Below, in pieces: positions 26,120 to 35,266 of a stretch of 64,000 bases of DNA (positions within the stretch are counted from its first letter, which is position 1; the number at the start of each line of letters is the position of its first letter). Source of the stretch: Gemmatimonadota bacterium (lineage in GTDB: Bacteria > Gemmatimonadota > Gemmatimonadetes > Longimicrobiales > RSA9). Where the stretch lies: assembly GCA_007126035.1 (NCBI GenBank), contig SLCC01000011.1, positions 14,286 to 78,285 on the forward strand, in the 5' to 3' direction. Both the position numbers and the translations under genes were made by a program. The notes under the pieces are model-generated. The model was given only the letters and a program-made list of their open reading frames with translations, was not told the origin of the DNA and ran no database searches.

Positions 26120-26981
26120 TCCGACACGGACTGAGGGGGTCGACCCGGCCGGTTCCGACGGCCACCGCCGAGACCTCATCCAGGTCCAGTGCCGGAACGC
26201 AGACCTTCAGCCCGTGAGCAGTCGGCCCCTCCGCAACCCCGAGCCGCAGCAGGAATCCGTCCCGGTCGAGCAGACCCACGAGGCGGCCGCTCCACTCCTG
26301 GTCGCGGTCCGGCAGGTGGCCGTGTACCGGGATTTCCGGCGGTACCGTCCGGGATCTGGCCCCGGCCAGGGCTGCCCGGAAGCGGGCGACCCGCCATTCC
26401 CGGCGCGCTGCGCGACTCCGCTCCACCACCGCTGGCGACGGCCGGAGCTCGTGCACCGCGGGTCGTCGGCGTCGGCGCAGCGAAGCCAGGACGGGTTCCA
26501 GGGCGGTGGCGTCCAACGCCACCAGGTGGTCCAGCTCGAGCACTTCGATCAACCGGAGGTGGAAGGCGTGACCCGCTGGGAAGTCCAGGAACCCAGGTGG
26601 GTCCACCACCATGAACCGGACGCCCGACCGGTCGGCTCGTCGTGCCAGCCGCACGAGACCCGCTGCCATGTCCAGAAGGTGCCGGGCCGGTGACGTGGCA
26701 CCCACGAACCAGAGCGCCCGCAAACTGGTTCCTCGGCCTGACTCGAAGCCGAGGCCGATAGTACCCGGCGGCCCGATCCGGCCCTGGCCGGGGTCCGCGT
26801 CGAGGATCGCCGTGGACGCGGTCTCCGACAGGGAGCGAGACAGCCAACTGGCCAGCGTCGACTTCCCTGAGCCGGTTCGACCGACAACCCCCACACGGGC
26901 TCCGTCCGCGGCGCGCCGCACCACTTCCAGCACTTCGTGCCAGTCCGGCTCGATGCGGATCGCTGCTGGTCGAGGACTCAT
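26046..26981 (-). CDS. Clp1/Grc3/Nol9-like P-loop polynucleotide 5'-hydroxyl-kinase homologue
   Basis: Start re-set to MSPRPAAIRIEP (ATG 26981). Contains VVGRTGSGKSTLASWL (Walker A), then ILDADPGQGRIGPPGTIGL, in the order characteristic of the Clp1 P-loop domain. The last 74 nt overlap the convergent gene 25634-26119. Confidence 0.65.
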   Translation of the reverse strand: MSPRPAAIRIEPDWHEVLEVVRRAADGARVGVVGRTGSGKSTLASWLSRSLSETASTAILDADPGQGRIGPPGTIGLGFESGRGTSLRALWFVGATSPARHLLDMAAGLVRLARRADRSGVRFMVVDPPGFLDFPAGHAFHLRLIEVLELDHLVALDATALEPVLASLRRRRRPAVHELRPSPAVVERSRAARREWRVARFRAALAGARSRTVPPEIPVHGHLPDRDQEWSGRLVGLLDRDGFLLRLGVAEGPTAHGLKVCVPALDLDEVSAVAVGTGRVDPLSPCRTIDSRKRRSSDSSAPGPSGTPYRS

Positions 26982-27246
26982 CGGCTCGTTACCGTCTCCT
27001 CGCTCCGGGAAACAGAATGGGCGAAACGCCGTATGTGCGCCTGCGGCAAACATGCCACTGTGGATCCGGGGGCAGTCGGGCGGATCTTGAACAGGAGGTC
27101 GGCATGGTTGCGCGCTCACAGGTCGAGAGGTGCACCCGACAGCGGAGAGCCTTCTGGTGCGGTGTATGCGTCACGATGCGCCGCACGCGGCCAGCGACCC
27201 GCCGCTGGCATGCAACCGCGACCAGGTCGAGGGAAAAGGAGTCGCC

Positions 27247-28035
27247 ATGAGGAGCGCAGCCAGCTTCAAGGGCCATCCCATCCACGCTATGCTGATCCCG
27301 TTCCCCATCGCGTTTCTGGTGGGGGCATTCTTCGCCGACCTGGTCGGGATGATCTGGGCCGCCGAGGCGCTGTGGATGGCGGGCGGATTGCTAGCCATCG
27401 CCGGGGTCGTCATGGGCCTGGTCGCCGCCGTGCCCGGCACCGTCGACTACTTCCGTACCGTCCCCCCCGACAGCACCGGGAAGCAGCGGGCGACCCGGCA
27501 CGCCCTGGTCAACGTGGGCGCTGTCGTCCTTTTCGTCGTGGGGCTCTGGGTCCGCGGCGGCATCGATGGGCCGCCATCGCCGCTGGCCCTGGTGGTGTGG
27601 GCCGTGGCACTCGTGCTACTCACCATGGGCGGCTGGATGGGCGGCACGCTGGTCTACCGGAACCAGATCGGGGTGGATCACCGCTACGCCGGGGCAGGGA
27701 AGTGGAGTGAGACCCGGAAGTCCTCTCCATCGCCGGTGGTGGCCCGCAGCGATGAGCTGGACGTGGACCAGATGAGGCTCGTCCACCTGGACGGCCGGCG
27801 CATCGTGCTGGCCCGGACCGAGGACGGGTACGTGGCCTTCGACGACCGCTGCCCCCACCGCGGCGGCTCACTGGCGGGCGGCGCCATGATGTGCGGCACC
27901 GTGCAGTGCCCCTGGCACGGGTCTCAGTTCACCGTCCGGGACGGGGACGTCCGCGCCGGACCCGCCGCCGACCGAGTCCGCACCTATCAGATCCGGGAGG
28001 AGGACGGCGAAGTGCGGATCCTGACCCAAGCCTGA
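27247..28035 (+). CDS. DUF2231-type membrane domain fused to a Rieske [2Fe-2S] domain
   Basis: Start re-set to MRSAASFKGHPIHAMLIPFPIAF, with GGAG upstream. Has 4 TM helices. The C-terminal CPHRGGSL..CPWHGSQF is the Rieske CxH..CxxH. Confidence 0.75.
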   Translation: MRSAASFKGHPIHAMLIPFPIAFLVGAFFADLVGMIWAAEALWMAGGLLAIAGVVMGLVAAVPGTVDYFRTVPPDSTGKQRATRHALVNVGAVVLFVVGLWVRGGIDGPPSPLALVVWAVALVLLTMGGWMGGTLVYRNQIGVDHRYAGAGKWSETRKSSPSPVVARSDELDVDQMRLVHLDGRRIVLARTEDGYVAFDDRCPHRGGSLAGGAMMCGTVQCPWHGSQFTVRDGDVRAGPAADRVRTYQIREEDGEVRILTQA

Positions 28036-28048
28036 GCAACCACAAGGG

Positions 28049-30457
28049 TCAGTCCGAGCCGTACAGGCCCTGGTAGATCGCCATGTTACGGGTCAGGATC
28101 TTCACATAGTCTCGCGTCTCGCGGAACGGGATCCGCTCCGTGAACAGCTCGGCGTCACCGTACTCCGGGAACTCGCTCCACCACTCCACCCGGTGCGACC
28201 CCGCGTTGTACGCCGAGAAGACCGCCGGCAGGAAGCCGTCGTAGCTGTCCATGTGCTGCGCCACGTAGCGCGTGCCCAGGTGCACGTTGATCTCCGGATG
28301 GTACAGCACCTCCGTATCCCACTCCTCCAGACCCGCCGCGTCCGCCAGGAGCCGGCCCGTGACCGGCATGATCTGCATCAGACCGCGGGCGCCCGCGGGT
28401 GACGTTATCAGTGTCTCGAACATGGATTCCTGACGCGTCAGCGCCGAGACCAGGAAGGGATCCAGCCCGCGGTCGCGAGCCTCCTCCGTTATCAGCGTGC
28501 GGTACGCGAACGGATACAGGATGCGTAACAGACGCCGGTTTGGCTGCGCGGAGCCCGGGAGACCGTGGCCTATCCGGATGGCGCGTTGCGCGTATCCGCG
28601 CTCCGCCAGCGCCTCCGCCAGGGCATAACGCGTAGGCACATCCCCTCCAGCTCCGCTGACCACACGGTCCACTTCCCCGGACGCCTCGTACGGGAACCCC
28701 GCCTGCCGTAGCAGATCGATTCCCGTCAGCCAGCGGGCCACGATACGGTCCGCTTCGACCGTCGTCGCCGGACCCACACCACCGGGCAGCGGCCAGAATG
28801 GAACACCCAATCGCTCACTCGCCAGCAGCGCGTAATACGAATCCCGCTCCCGCTGCCGAACCGCTTCGAACTGAGCGCGCGCCGTGGCCGCCTCCCCCAA
28901 CTCCTCGTGGGCCAGGCCCGACCAGTACGTGGCCTGCAACCACAACTGCCCACGAGGATAACGACTCCGGTATTCCTCCCACAGCCGCGCCGCCTCCCGG
29001 TGATCCCCCTCGAGGTAGGCCATGCCTGCCAGCCGCATCATGGCCAGTCCCATGTACGCTGTCCCGGGATAACGTGTCACTACACGTCCATACAGGTCCC
29101 GGGCTCGCTTCGGGTGGCCGTGGTCGTGCCATGAGCTGGCGGCGAGGTACAGGGCCAGGACGCCGGTGGCCGTACCGGCCGCTCTGTTGGCCACGCCCAG
29201 GTACAGGCGAGCTGCCTCTTCCGGATTGCCCATGTGGCTCTCGGTCCGTGCCATGAGCATATGTGCTTCGTTCCGTCGAGCGACGGGCGCCAGGGCCTCG
29301 GCCACTTCGTCGTAGCGGAACGAGTAGAAGAGGGCGTTGGCGTGCTCCACGTGCACGGCGGCTCGTTCGGCCGTGGTGCCGGCACCGGCGGCCAGCCACT
29401 GGCGGTAGCCGTCGATGGCGGCTTCGTGGAGCCCCTGTGCGGAATAGACCCGTGCCACCGCCAGGTGGTCGTGCGGGCTCATCGGTCCTTCCCGCAGCAG
29501 GTCTGCGGCGATCCTGGCGTAGGGTGTGGCCGGTGAGAGGTCGATGGCGCTGCGCAGGGCGGCGCGACCGGGTGCGGTGTCGCCCATGGCCATCGCCAGT
29601 CTTGCGGCGGTCACGAGGAACTCGGCGCGTGTGAGTTCGGTTCGAGCCCAGGCCCGGGCCTGGTTCGCCAGGGCTCGTGCGCCGGCCAGGTCGCCGGCCT
29701 GGCGGGCCGCTTCCACCCTGGCCCGTCTGGCCCGGAGTCCTGGCACACCGTCGTCGAAGGGGGCAACCAGGCGGCGCACCGCGGCGGTGTCGCCAGTGGC
29801 CGCCAGGGCGTCCGCCTCCAGGAGCTCCAGCCATAGACCGGCCCCGGCGGCGGTCTCGGCCGCTGCCGCCAGCTCCGGCCGGGCCGCCTCTCTGTCACCG
29901 GCCCGGATCAGAGCCAGGCCCAGTCGGAGTCGCGCTGCGGCGCGCTGATCGTCCAGCGTCCCGCCGGCAGGTGAAAGGTCCAGGAAGGCCCGGTACAGCG
30001 CCGCCGCTCCAGTGGCATCGCCGGCCTCGTCCCGGGCACGACCCAGCAGGTAGAGACCGATCCCTCCCTCATACGTATCCAGGTTCGGCACGCCCTCCAG
30101 CAGCTCCTGGACTTGTGGCCAGCCGCCCCAACCCGCCTCCGCCCGGGCGGCCAGCAGGCGATGGTCCGCCGGTGGGTCCGTCACCGCCTCCATGTATCGG
30201 CGCATCACGCGCGCCGCTCGCCACGGCCGGCCGGTCTCCAGGAAGGCCGCCGCCCGTGCGGGCAATTCCGTAACATCCGCCCGGACCACTTCTTCCGCCA
30301 CGTCCCCCGGCACCTGGTCACGGATCGGGTCATGCGGTCCCTCGTGCGGGAACAGGAGCAGCGGAATGGCGAGGGCCAGGGCCAGCACCGCCACGATCCC
30401 CAGTACTACTCTTGCAGACACCCGTGTGTCCTTGCGGTCGTGATCATCTGTTTGCAT
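28049..30457 (-). CDS. soluble lytic murein transglycosylase (Slt70-like) with TPR/superhelical N-domain
   Basis: 802 aa with an N-terminal membrane anchor or signal and long Ala/Arg-rich TPR-like repeats. The C-terminal SLT domain reads ALTRQESMFE..AGARGLMQIMP..YNAG. Confidence 0.85.
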   Translation of the reverse strand: MQTDDHDRKDTRVSARVVLGIVAVLALALAIPLLLFPHEGPHDPIRDQVPGDVAEEVVRADVTELPARAAAFLETGRPWRAARVMRRYMEAVTDPPADHRLLAARAEAGWGGWPQVQELLEGVPNLDTYEGGIGLYLLGRARDEAGDATGAAALYRAFLDLSPAGGTLDDQRAAARLRLGLALIRAGDREAARPELAAAAETAAGAGLWLELLEADALAATGDTAAVRRLVAPFDDGVPGLRARRARVEAARQAGDLAGARALANQARAWARTELTRAEFLVTAARLAMAMGDTAPGRAALRSAIDLSPATPYARIAADLLREGPMSPHDHLAVARVYSAQGLHEAAIDGYRQWLAAGAGTTAERAAVHVEHANALFYSFRYDEVAEALAPVARRNEAHMLMARTESHMGNPEEAARLYLGVANRAAGTATGVLALYLAASSWHDHGHPKRARDLYGRVVTRYPGTAYMGLAMMRLAGMAYLEGDHREAARLWEEYRSRYPRGQLWLQATYWSGLAHEELGEAATARAQFEAVRQRERDSYYALLASERLGVPFWPLPGGVGPATTVEADRIVARWLTGIDLLRQAGFPYEASGEVDRVVSGAGGDVPTRYALAEALAERGYAQRAIRIGHGLPGSAQPNRRLLRILYPFAYRTLITEEARDRGLDPFLVSALTRQESMFETLITSPAGARGLMQIMPVTGRLLADAAGLEEWDTEVLYHPEINVHLGTRYVAQHMDSYDGFLPAVFSAYNAGSHRVEWWSEFPEYGDAELFTERIPFRETRDYVKILTRNMAIYQGLYGSD

Positions 30458-30565
30458 AACTCCTGAAGTTGGCAGGTTCCGCGCCGGGACGGCACCCGTA
30501 GGTCGCCCGACCCGGAATCAGGAATACTCCCATTGCCGGCACGGTGCCCGGCATCATAACATCGC

Positions 30566-30579
30566 GGGTATATATACCC
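30566..30579. promoter_or_regulatory. perfect 14-bp palindrome GGGTATATATACCC upstream of the LeuCD-like gene
   Basis: Read directly at 30566-30579, 36 nt upstream of ATG 30616. It is the only AT-rich element in this intergenic region and could be a -10 element and/or an operator. Confidence 0.4.
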
Positions 30580-30615
30580 ATCTATCCGCTACCCGCTAAC
30601 CGGAAGGGGTCGTCC

Positions 30616-32493
30616 ATGGGCAGGACCATCATCGAGAAGATCATCAGTGCCCACGCTGGTCGTGACGTAGTGCCGGGTGACATGGTGGACATCGAGATCG
30701 ACGCCCGCATCGCGCGTGACTTCGGCGGTGCCAACGTGGTGAAGAACCTGCGGGACCACGGGCTCCCCATCGCCGATCCAGGGCGTACCTTCTTCACGTT
30801 CGACTGCAACCCCGGGGGCTCGGACCAGAGCTACGCGTCGAACCAGCACGTCTGCCGGCTGTTCGCGCGGGAGCATGGCATTCGTGTATACGACATCGAT
30901 GCCGGCATCGGCACGCACGTGGCCATCGACGAGGGACTGGTCGGCCCGGGCGGCACGCTGGTCTCCACCGACTCCCACGCCAATATCCTCGGCGCGATCG
31001 GCGCGTTCGGTCAGGGCATGGGCGACCAGGACATCGCCCACGCCTTCGCCTACGGCACCACCTGGTTCGTTGTCCCGCGCACGTTGCGGGTCACGCTGAA
31101 GGGGAGGCCGAGCCCGGCGGCGACGCCGAAGGACGTGACGCTGGCCCTGACGCGTCATTTCGGCGCCAACGGCCTGCTGGGGTATGCCGCGGAGCTGTAC
31201 GGCCCCTACGTGGAGGAGCTCGACCTGGCCGGACGGGTGACGTTGGCGTCCATGTGCACGGAGATGGGAGGCATAGTGCTGCTGTTCCCACCGAACGATC
31301 AGGTCCTGGAGTACTGTCGGCGGGCGCGTGAGCGGTTCCTCGCCGCCTCGGGCGGTCAGGCGGTGGCGAGCGACCTGCCGTCCATCGAGCCGGTCCTCGC
31401 GGACGCCGACGCCAGCTACGCCGGCGAGGTGGTGGTGGACATCGACGGTCTCGAGCCGCTGGTCTCGCGGCCGGGTCATCCGGAGGACGTGGTGCCGGTG
31501 GCTTCGGTCCAGGGCAAGCCGGTGGATTCGGTCTTCATCGGCTCGTGCACCAACGGCCGTTACGAGGACCTGGTGGCTGCCGCCCGCGTGCTGGAGGGTC
31601 GCCGTGTGGCGCCTGGCGTGGTTTTGAAGGTGGTGCCGGCCACCGACGCCATCTGGCGCCGTCTCCTGGATGACGGCTCGTTGCAGCTGTTCAAGGATGC
31701 GGGCGCTCTGCTGAGCAACGCCGGGTGCGCGGGTTGTGCCGCGGGCCAGGTCGGCCAGAACGGGCCTGGCGAGGTGACGGTGAGTACCGGCAACAGGAAC
31801 TTCGTGGGCAAGCAGGGGAAGGGCGAGGTCTACCTGGGCTCGCCGGAGACAGCTGCGGCCTCCGCCGTGGCCGGTGTGATAGCCAGCGTCGACGCGCTGG
31901 GCTCCATCGAGGTCCGTCCCGCGGCGTCGCCGGTGGTGGCCGCTTCGTCGGCGTCGGCAGCGCCGGCGGTGAAGCCACAGGTCCACGACCCGGAGGGTGG
32001 CGAGCGGCCGGTGGTGGTGAAGGGCAGGGCGTGGGTCATACCGGTGGACAACATCGATACGGATATGATCTACCACAACCGTTACCTGGCCATAACTGAT
32101 CCTGCGCTCATGGGCCAGTACACCTTCGACAATCTGAGCGGCTGGGAGGACTTCGCGCAGAAGGCGCAGCCCGGCGACATAGTGGTCACCGGCAAGAACT
32201 TCGGTTGCGGCAGCTCTCGCCAGCAGGCGGTGGATTGCTTCCTGACGCTGGGCATCGCCGCAATCGTGGCCGATTCCTTCGGCGCCATCTACGAGCGGAA
32301 CGCCGTGAACGCGGGCCTGGCCATCATGATGGCCGAGGGCGCCGCTGGCGCCATCCAGGACGGCGAGGAGATCGAAGTCGACTTCCAGGCCGGCACGATC
32401 CGACGGCCGGACGGCTCGCAGATCGAGGGGCGGCCGTTCTCCGACGCCCAGCTCCGGATCTACCAGCGCGGCGGTCTGTTGGTCGGCGCCTGA
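30616..32493 (+). CDS. aconitase-family dehydratase, fused large (LeuC/HacA-type) and small (LeuD/HacB-type) subunits
   Basis: Start re-set to MGRTIIEKIISAHAG. The large subunit has the GSCTNGR and NAGCAGCAAG cluster motifs. After an Ala/Pro/Ser linker, the small-subunit part carries GKNFGCGSSRQQA. Confidence 0.8.
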   Translation: MGRTIIEKIISAHAGRDVVPGDMVDIEIDARIARDFGGANVVKNLRDHGLPIADPGRTFFTFDCNPGGSDQSYASNQHVCRLFAREHGIRVYDIDAGIGTHVAIDEGLVGPGGTLVSTDSHANILGAIGAFGQGMGDQDIAHAFAYGTTWFVVPRTLRVTLKGRPSPAATPKDVTLALTRHFGANGLLGYAAELYGPYVEELDLAGRVTLASMCTEMGGIVLLFPPNDQVLEYCRRARERFLAASGGQAVASDLPSIEPVLADADASYAGEVVVDIDGLEPLVSRPGHPEDVVPVASVQGKPVDSVFIGSCTNGRYEDLVAAARVLEGRRVAPGVVLKVVPATDAIWRRLLDDGSLQLFKDAGALLSNAGCAGCAAGQVGQNGPGEVTVSTGNRNFVGKQGKGEVYLGSPETAAASAVAGVIASVDALGSIEVRPAASPVVAASSASAAPAVKPQVHDPEGGERPVVVKGRAWVIPVDNIDTDMIYHNRYLAITDPALMGQYTFDNLSGWEDFAQKAQPGDIVVTGKNFGCGSSRQQAVDCFLTLGIAAIVADSFGAIYERNAVNAGLAIMMAEGAAGAIQDGEEIEVDFQAGTIRRPDGSQIEGRPFSDAQLRIYQRGGLLVGA

Positions 32494-32548
32494 GGTCGAC
32501 GGACGGATATCGACGTGGCGGGCGGGGTAGCGGGAGGACCAGCGGTCC

Positions 32549-33361
32549 TCAGCGCGCCCCGTCCGTTGTCTCTGCCCTGGTCTGGCCGGGTGGGTGGCCC
32601 TGCCCGCTTGCCCCGGTAGCGCCGTAGATCTCTCGTTGCAGGTCTGACCTCGCGCTGGCGATCATCTCTCGTACCCGGTCCCGCAGCGCCGGCACGTCTT
32701 TCGGGCCGAGTCCTGCGGTTTCCACCGGCTCGAGTACCCGGACCACGGCCCGGGCGCGATTGAAGCGCATGGATCCCTTGGCCATGGCGTTGCGTGTGCC
32801 GGCCACCGCCATGGGGAGCACGGGTGTGCCAGTCTCCACCGCCACCCGGAAGGCGCCATCGCGGAAGGGCAGGAGGTCACCGTTTCCGGAGCGCGTGCCT
32901 TCCGGCATGATGATGACCGACACCTGTTTCCTGAGCCGGTCCCGTACCTCATTGAGGGCCTGGGCACGGCTCTTCACCTCACCGCGCCGGACGGGGATGT
33001 CTCCGGCCATACGCATCATCCAGCCCATCACCGGGATCCGGAAGATGGCCTCCTTTGACAGCCACTTCATCTCCCATGGCAGGTGGCTGATCAGGAAGAT
33101 GTCGGCGTAGGATTCATGGTTCGAGACGGCCACGTAGGGGCGACGAGGGTCACTGATGCGGACGCCGTCGGTGCGGAAGTCCCAGAAGGGGATGAGCTTC
33201 ACCGCCGTCACCGCCGACCGGCGGAACCAACGTCCCACCCGGTAGCGGCCCGGATCGAATGGCGCGGTGGCCATGAAGATCACCGCCAGGAGCGGGAGCC
33301 AGGCCAGGGCCAGCAGCCCGATTGCCGCCCACAAGCCGTACGATACAACTGTCCGGATCAT
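32549..33361 (-). CDS. plsC: 1-acyl-sn-glycerol-3-phosphate acyltransferase
   Basis: N-terminal TM helix, the VSNHESYADIF (HxxxxD) motif and the MPEGTRS motif. Confidence 0.8.
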   Translation of the reverse strand: MIRTVVSYGLWAAIGLLALAWLPLLAVIFMATAPFDPGRYRVGRWFRRSAVTAVKLIPFWDFRTDGVRISDPRRPYVAVSNHESYADIFLISHLPWEMKWLSKEAIFRIPVMGWMMRMAGDIPVRRGEVKSRAQALNEVRDRLRKQVSVIIMPEGTRSGNGDLLPFRDGAFRVAVETGTPVLPMAVAGTRNAMAKGSMRFNRARAVVRVLEPVETAGLGPKDVPALRDRVREMIASARSDLQREIYGATGASGQGHPPGQTRAETTDGAR

Positions 33362-33375
33362 ACCTCGTCCTCTGA

Positions 33376-34392
33376 TCAGAATACCCGCACCCGGACCTCT
33401 GGTCGGAACTCGCGCGGGTCGTCCCGGATGGCCTGGATCAGGTTCTGCACGTCCACGATGGCGCGAAGGAGCTGGTCGTACAACTCCGGGTCTTCCATCA
33501 GTCGGCGCACGGTGCCATCCGCCTCGGTCAGGTCCAGCACGAGACCCTCCACCCCTGCGAGTGTGGTGTCCGCCCGATCGACGATGCGGAGTATCCCTTC
33601 ATACAGGCCGTCGTCGTGGAGGAGTCGGCCCATCGTCCCCTGGCCTCCCATGACCATGGCAGCCAGGGAATCCAGGCGCGCCAGCGCCACGTCCATCCGC
33701 TCGTACATGGTGGGGTCGTGGATCAGGCGGGAGAGCGTGCCGTCCGCGTGATTGATCGAGTTCAGGAGCGTGGCCAGCTCAGCGCTGGCCACCATCATCC
33801 GCTGGTACAGCCGGTCGTCGGTGAGCAGCGCCCCCAACGTCCCCTCCCCCCTGGCCAGCCGCTCCGTCGTCACCTGGAGGTCCGCCGCGATGACCTGCAC
33901 GTGGTCCAGCGTGCGTGCCGCCGTCTCCAGAACCACCTCGATGTCCAGCGGTGGCTCGACCACTATGGTGTCGCCCGGCTCGAGCATGGGACGGGTGGGT
34001 GAGCCCGGTTTGATATCGATGAACCGGTCACCCAGCAGGCCCTGGGTCCGTAACATGGCCCGGCTGTCATCCCGGATCTGGTCCTGCACCGCCCGGTTCA
34101 CCCCGAGCCTGATCACGATGTTCTCCTCGCTCACCCGCTCGTGCACCGGGATGAGCCGCACCTCCTCCACCTGGCCCACCCGCTGGCCTGCCAGCGTGAC
34201 TGGTGCGCCGGGAATGATGCCGCCTGCGCTCTCCACCAGCGTGATCAGGTTGTACCGTGGCGCGAAGACGTCGAACAGCCGGCCCACCTGGTAGGTGCCG
34301 AAGATCAGGAAGATGATGCCAAGTACCAGCACCAGCCCCACCCGCACCTGGCTGGCCCTCTGCGTCCCCCGGCTCAGCTTCCCTCGCGCCAT
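33376..34392 (-). CDS. MlaD/MCE-family substrate-binding protein
   Basis: N-terminal TM anchor and an MCE domain (..GIIPGAPVTLAGQRVGQVEEV..). Located directly downstream of the ABC ATPase and permease genes. Confidence 0.8.
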   Translation of the reverse strand: MARGKLSRGTQRASQVRVGLVLVLGIIFLIFGTYQVGRLFDVFAPRYNLITLVESAGGIIPGAPVTLAGQRVGQVEEVRLIPVHERVSEENIVIRLGVNRAVQDQIRDDSRAMLRTQGLLGDRFIDIKPGSPTRPMLEPGDTIVVEPPLDIEVVLETAARTLDHVQVIAADLQVTTERLARGEGTLGALLTDDRLYQRMMVASAELATLLNSINHADGTLSRLIHDPTMYERMDVALARLDSLAAMVMGGQGTMGRLLHDDGLYEGILRIVDRADTTLAGVEGLVLDLTEADGTVRRLMEDPELYDQLLRAIVDVQNLIQAIRDDPREFRPEVRVRVF

Positions 34393-34402
34393 GTCACCTC
34401 TC

Positions 34403-35266
34403 TCAGCTCAGCGCCAGGAAGCGCTGGATGTAGGCATCGTCTTCGGCGATCATATCCTCCGGCGTCCCGTCGAACACGATCTGGCCGTCCCGGATCAGGT
34501 TCACCCGCGACGCGACCCGAAAGCCCGCCCGGATATCGTGGGTGACCACGATGGACGTGACGCCCAGCTCCCGCTGCAGCTTCTGGATCAGGTCACCGAT
34601 GGTGCCCACCGTCAGCGGATCCAGACCCGCCGTGGGCTCGTCGTAAAGCACGATCTGTGGGTCCGTGGCGATCGCCCGGGCTATCCCCACACGCTTCTTC
34701 ATCCCACCAGACAGCTCGTCCGGCAGCTTTTCACACACCGTCTCCGGGTCGAGGTCCACGAACTCGAGCCGCTCCCGCACAACGGTCTCGATCTGCGGCT
34801 CCGGCAGGTCCGTGTTTTCCCGGAGCGGGTACGCAACGTTGTCGTAGACGTTGACCGAATCGAACAGGGCCGCGTTCTGGAAGACCATGCCGATCTTACG
34901 ACGCATATCCAGCGCCTCCTCGAACGACAGGTCCCTGGTCTCCCGGCCCAGCACCGTGACCGACCCCTGGTCGGGCACCAGCAGCCGCAGGATCAGCTTC
35001 AGGATCGTCGACTTGCCGATGCCAGACTCGCCCAGCACCAGGAGAGTCTCTCCTTCATGGACTTCCAGCGACGTACCTCGCAAGACCGGCTGGTCGAACG
35101 ACAGGTGCACGTCCTCCATCCGGATCACAACCTGCCCCGACGCCGCGGCGGCGCCGTGGGGTTCTCCATCCGGCCCCAGCTCCCGACGGATCACCTGCCG
35201 CAGGACCGGGTCGTCCATTTCGAGCCGGTCCCTCCGCCGCATCCCCTCTCCCATGCCCCTGCTCAT
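34403..35266 (-). CDS. ABC transporter ATP-binding protein, MlaF-like
   Basis: LGESGIGKST (Walker A), LSGGMKKRVGIARA (signature) and VLYDEPTAGLD (Walker B). Start set to the ATG that overlaps the MlaE stop (ATGA at 35263-35266). The rest of the 592-aa track ORF is a shadow of mlaE. Confidence 0.8.
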   Translation of the reverse strand: MSRGMGEGMRRRDRLEMDDPVLRQVIRRELGPDGEPHGAAAASGQVVIRMEDVHLSFDQPVLRGTSLEVHEGETLLVLGESGIGKSTILKLILRLLVPDQGSVTVLGRETRDLSFEEALDMRRKIGMVFQNAALFDSVNVYDNVAYPLRENTDLPEPQIETVVRERLEFVDLDPETVCEKLPDELSGGMKKRVGIARAIATDPQIVLYDEPTAGLDPLTVGTIGDLIQKLQRELGVTSIVVTHDIRAGFRVASRVNLIRDGQIVFDGTPEDMIAEDDAYIQRFLALS

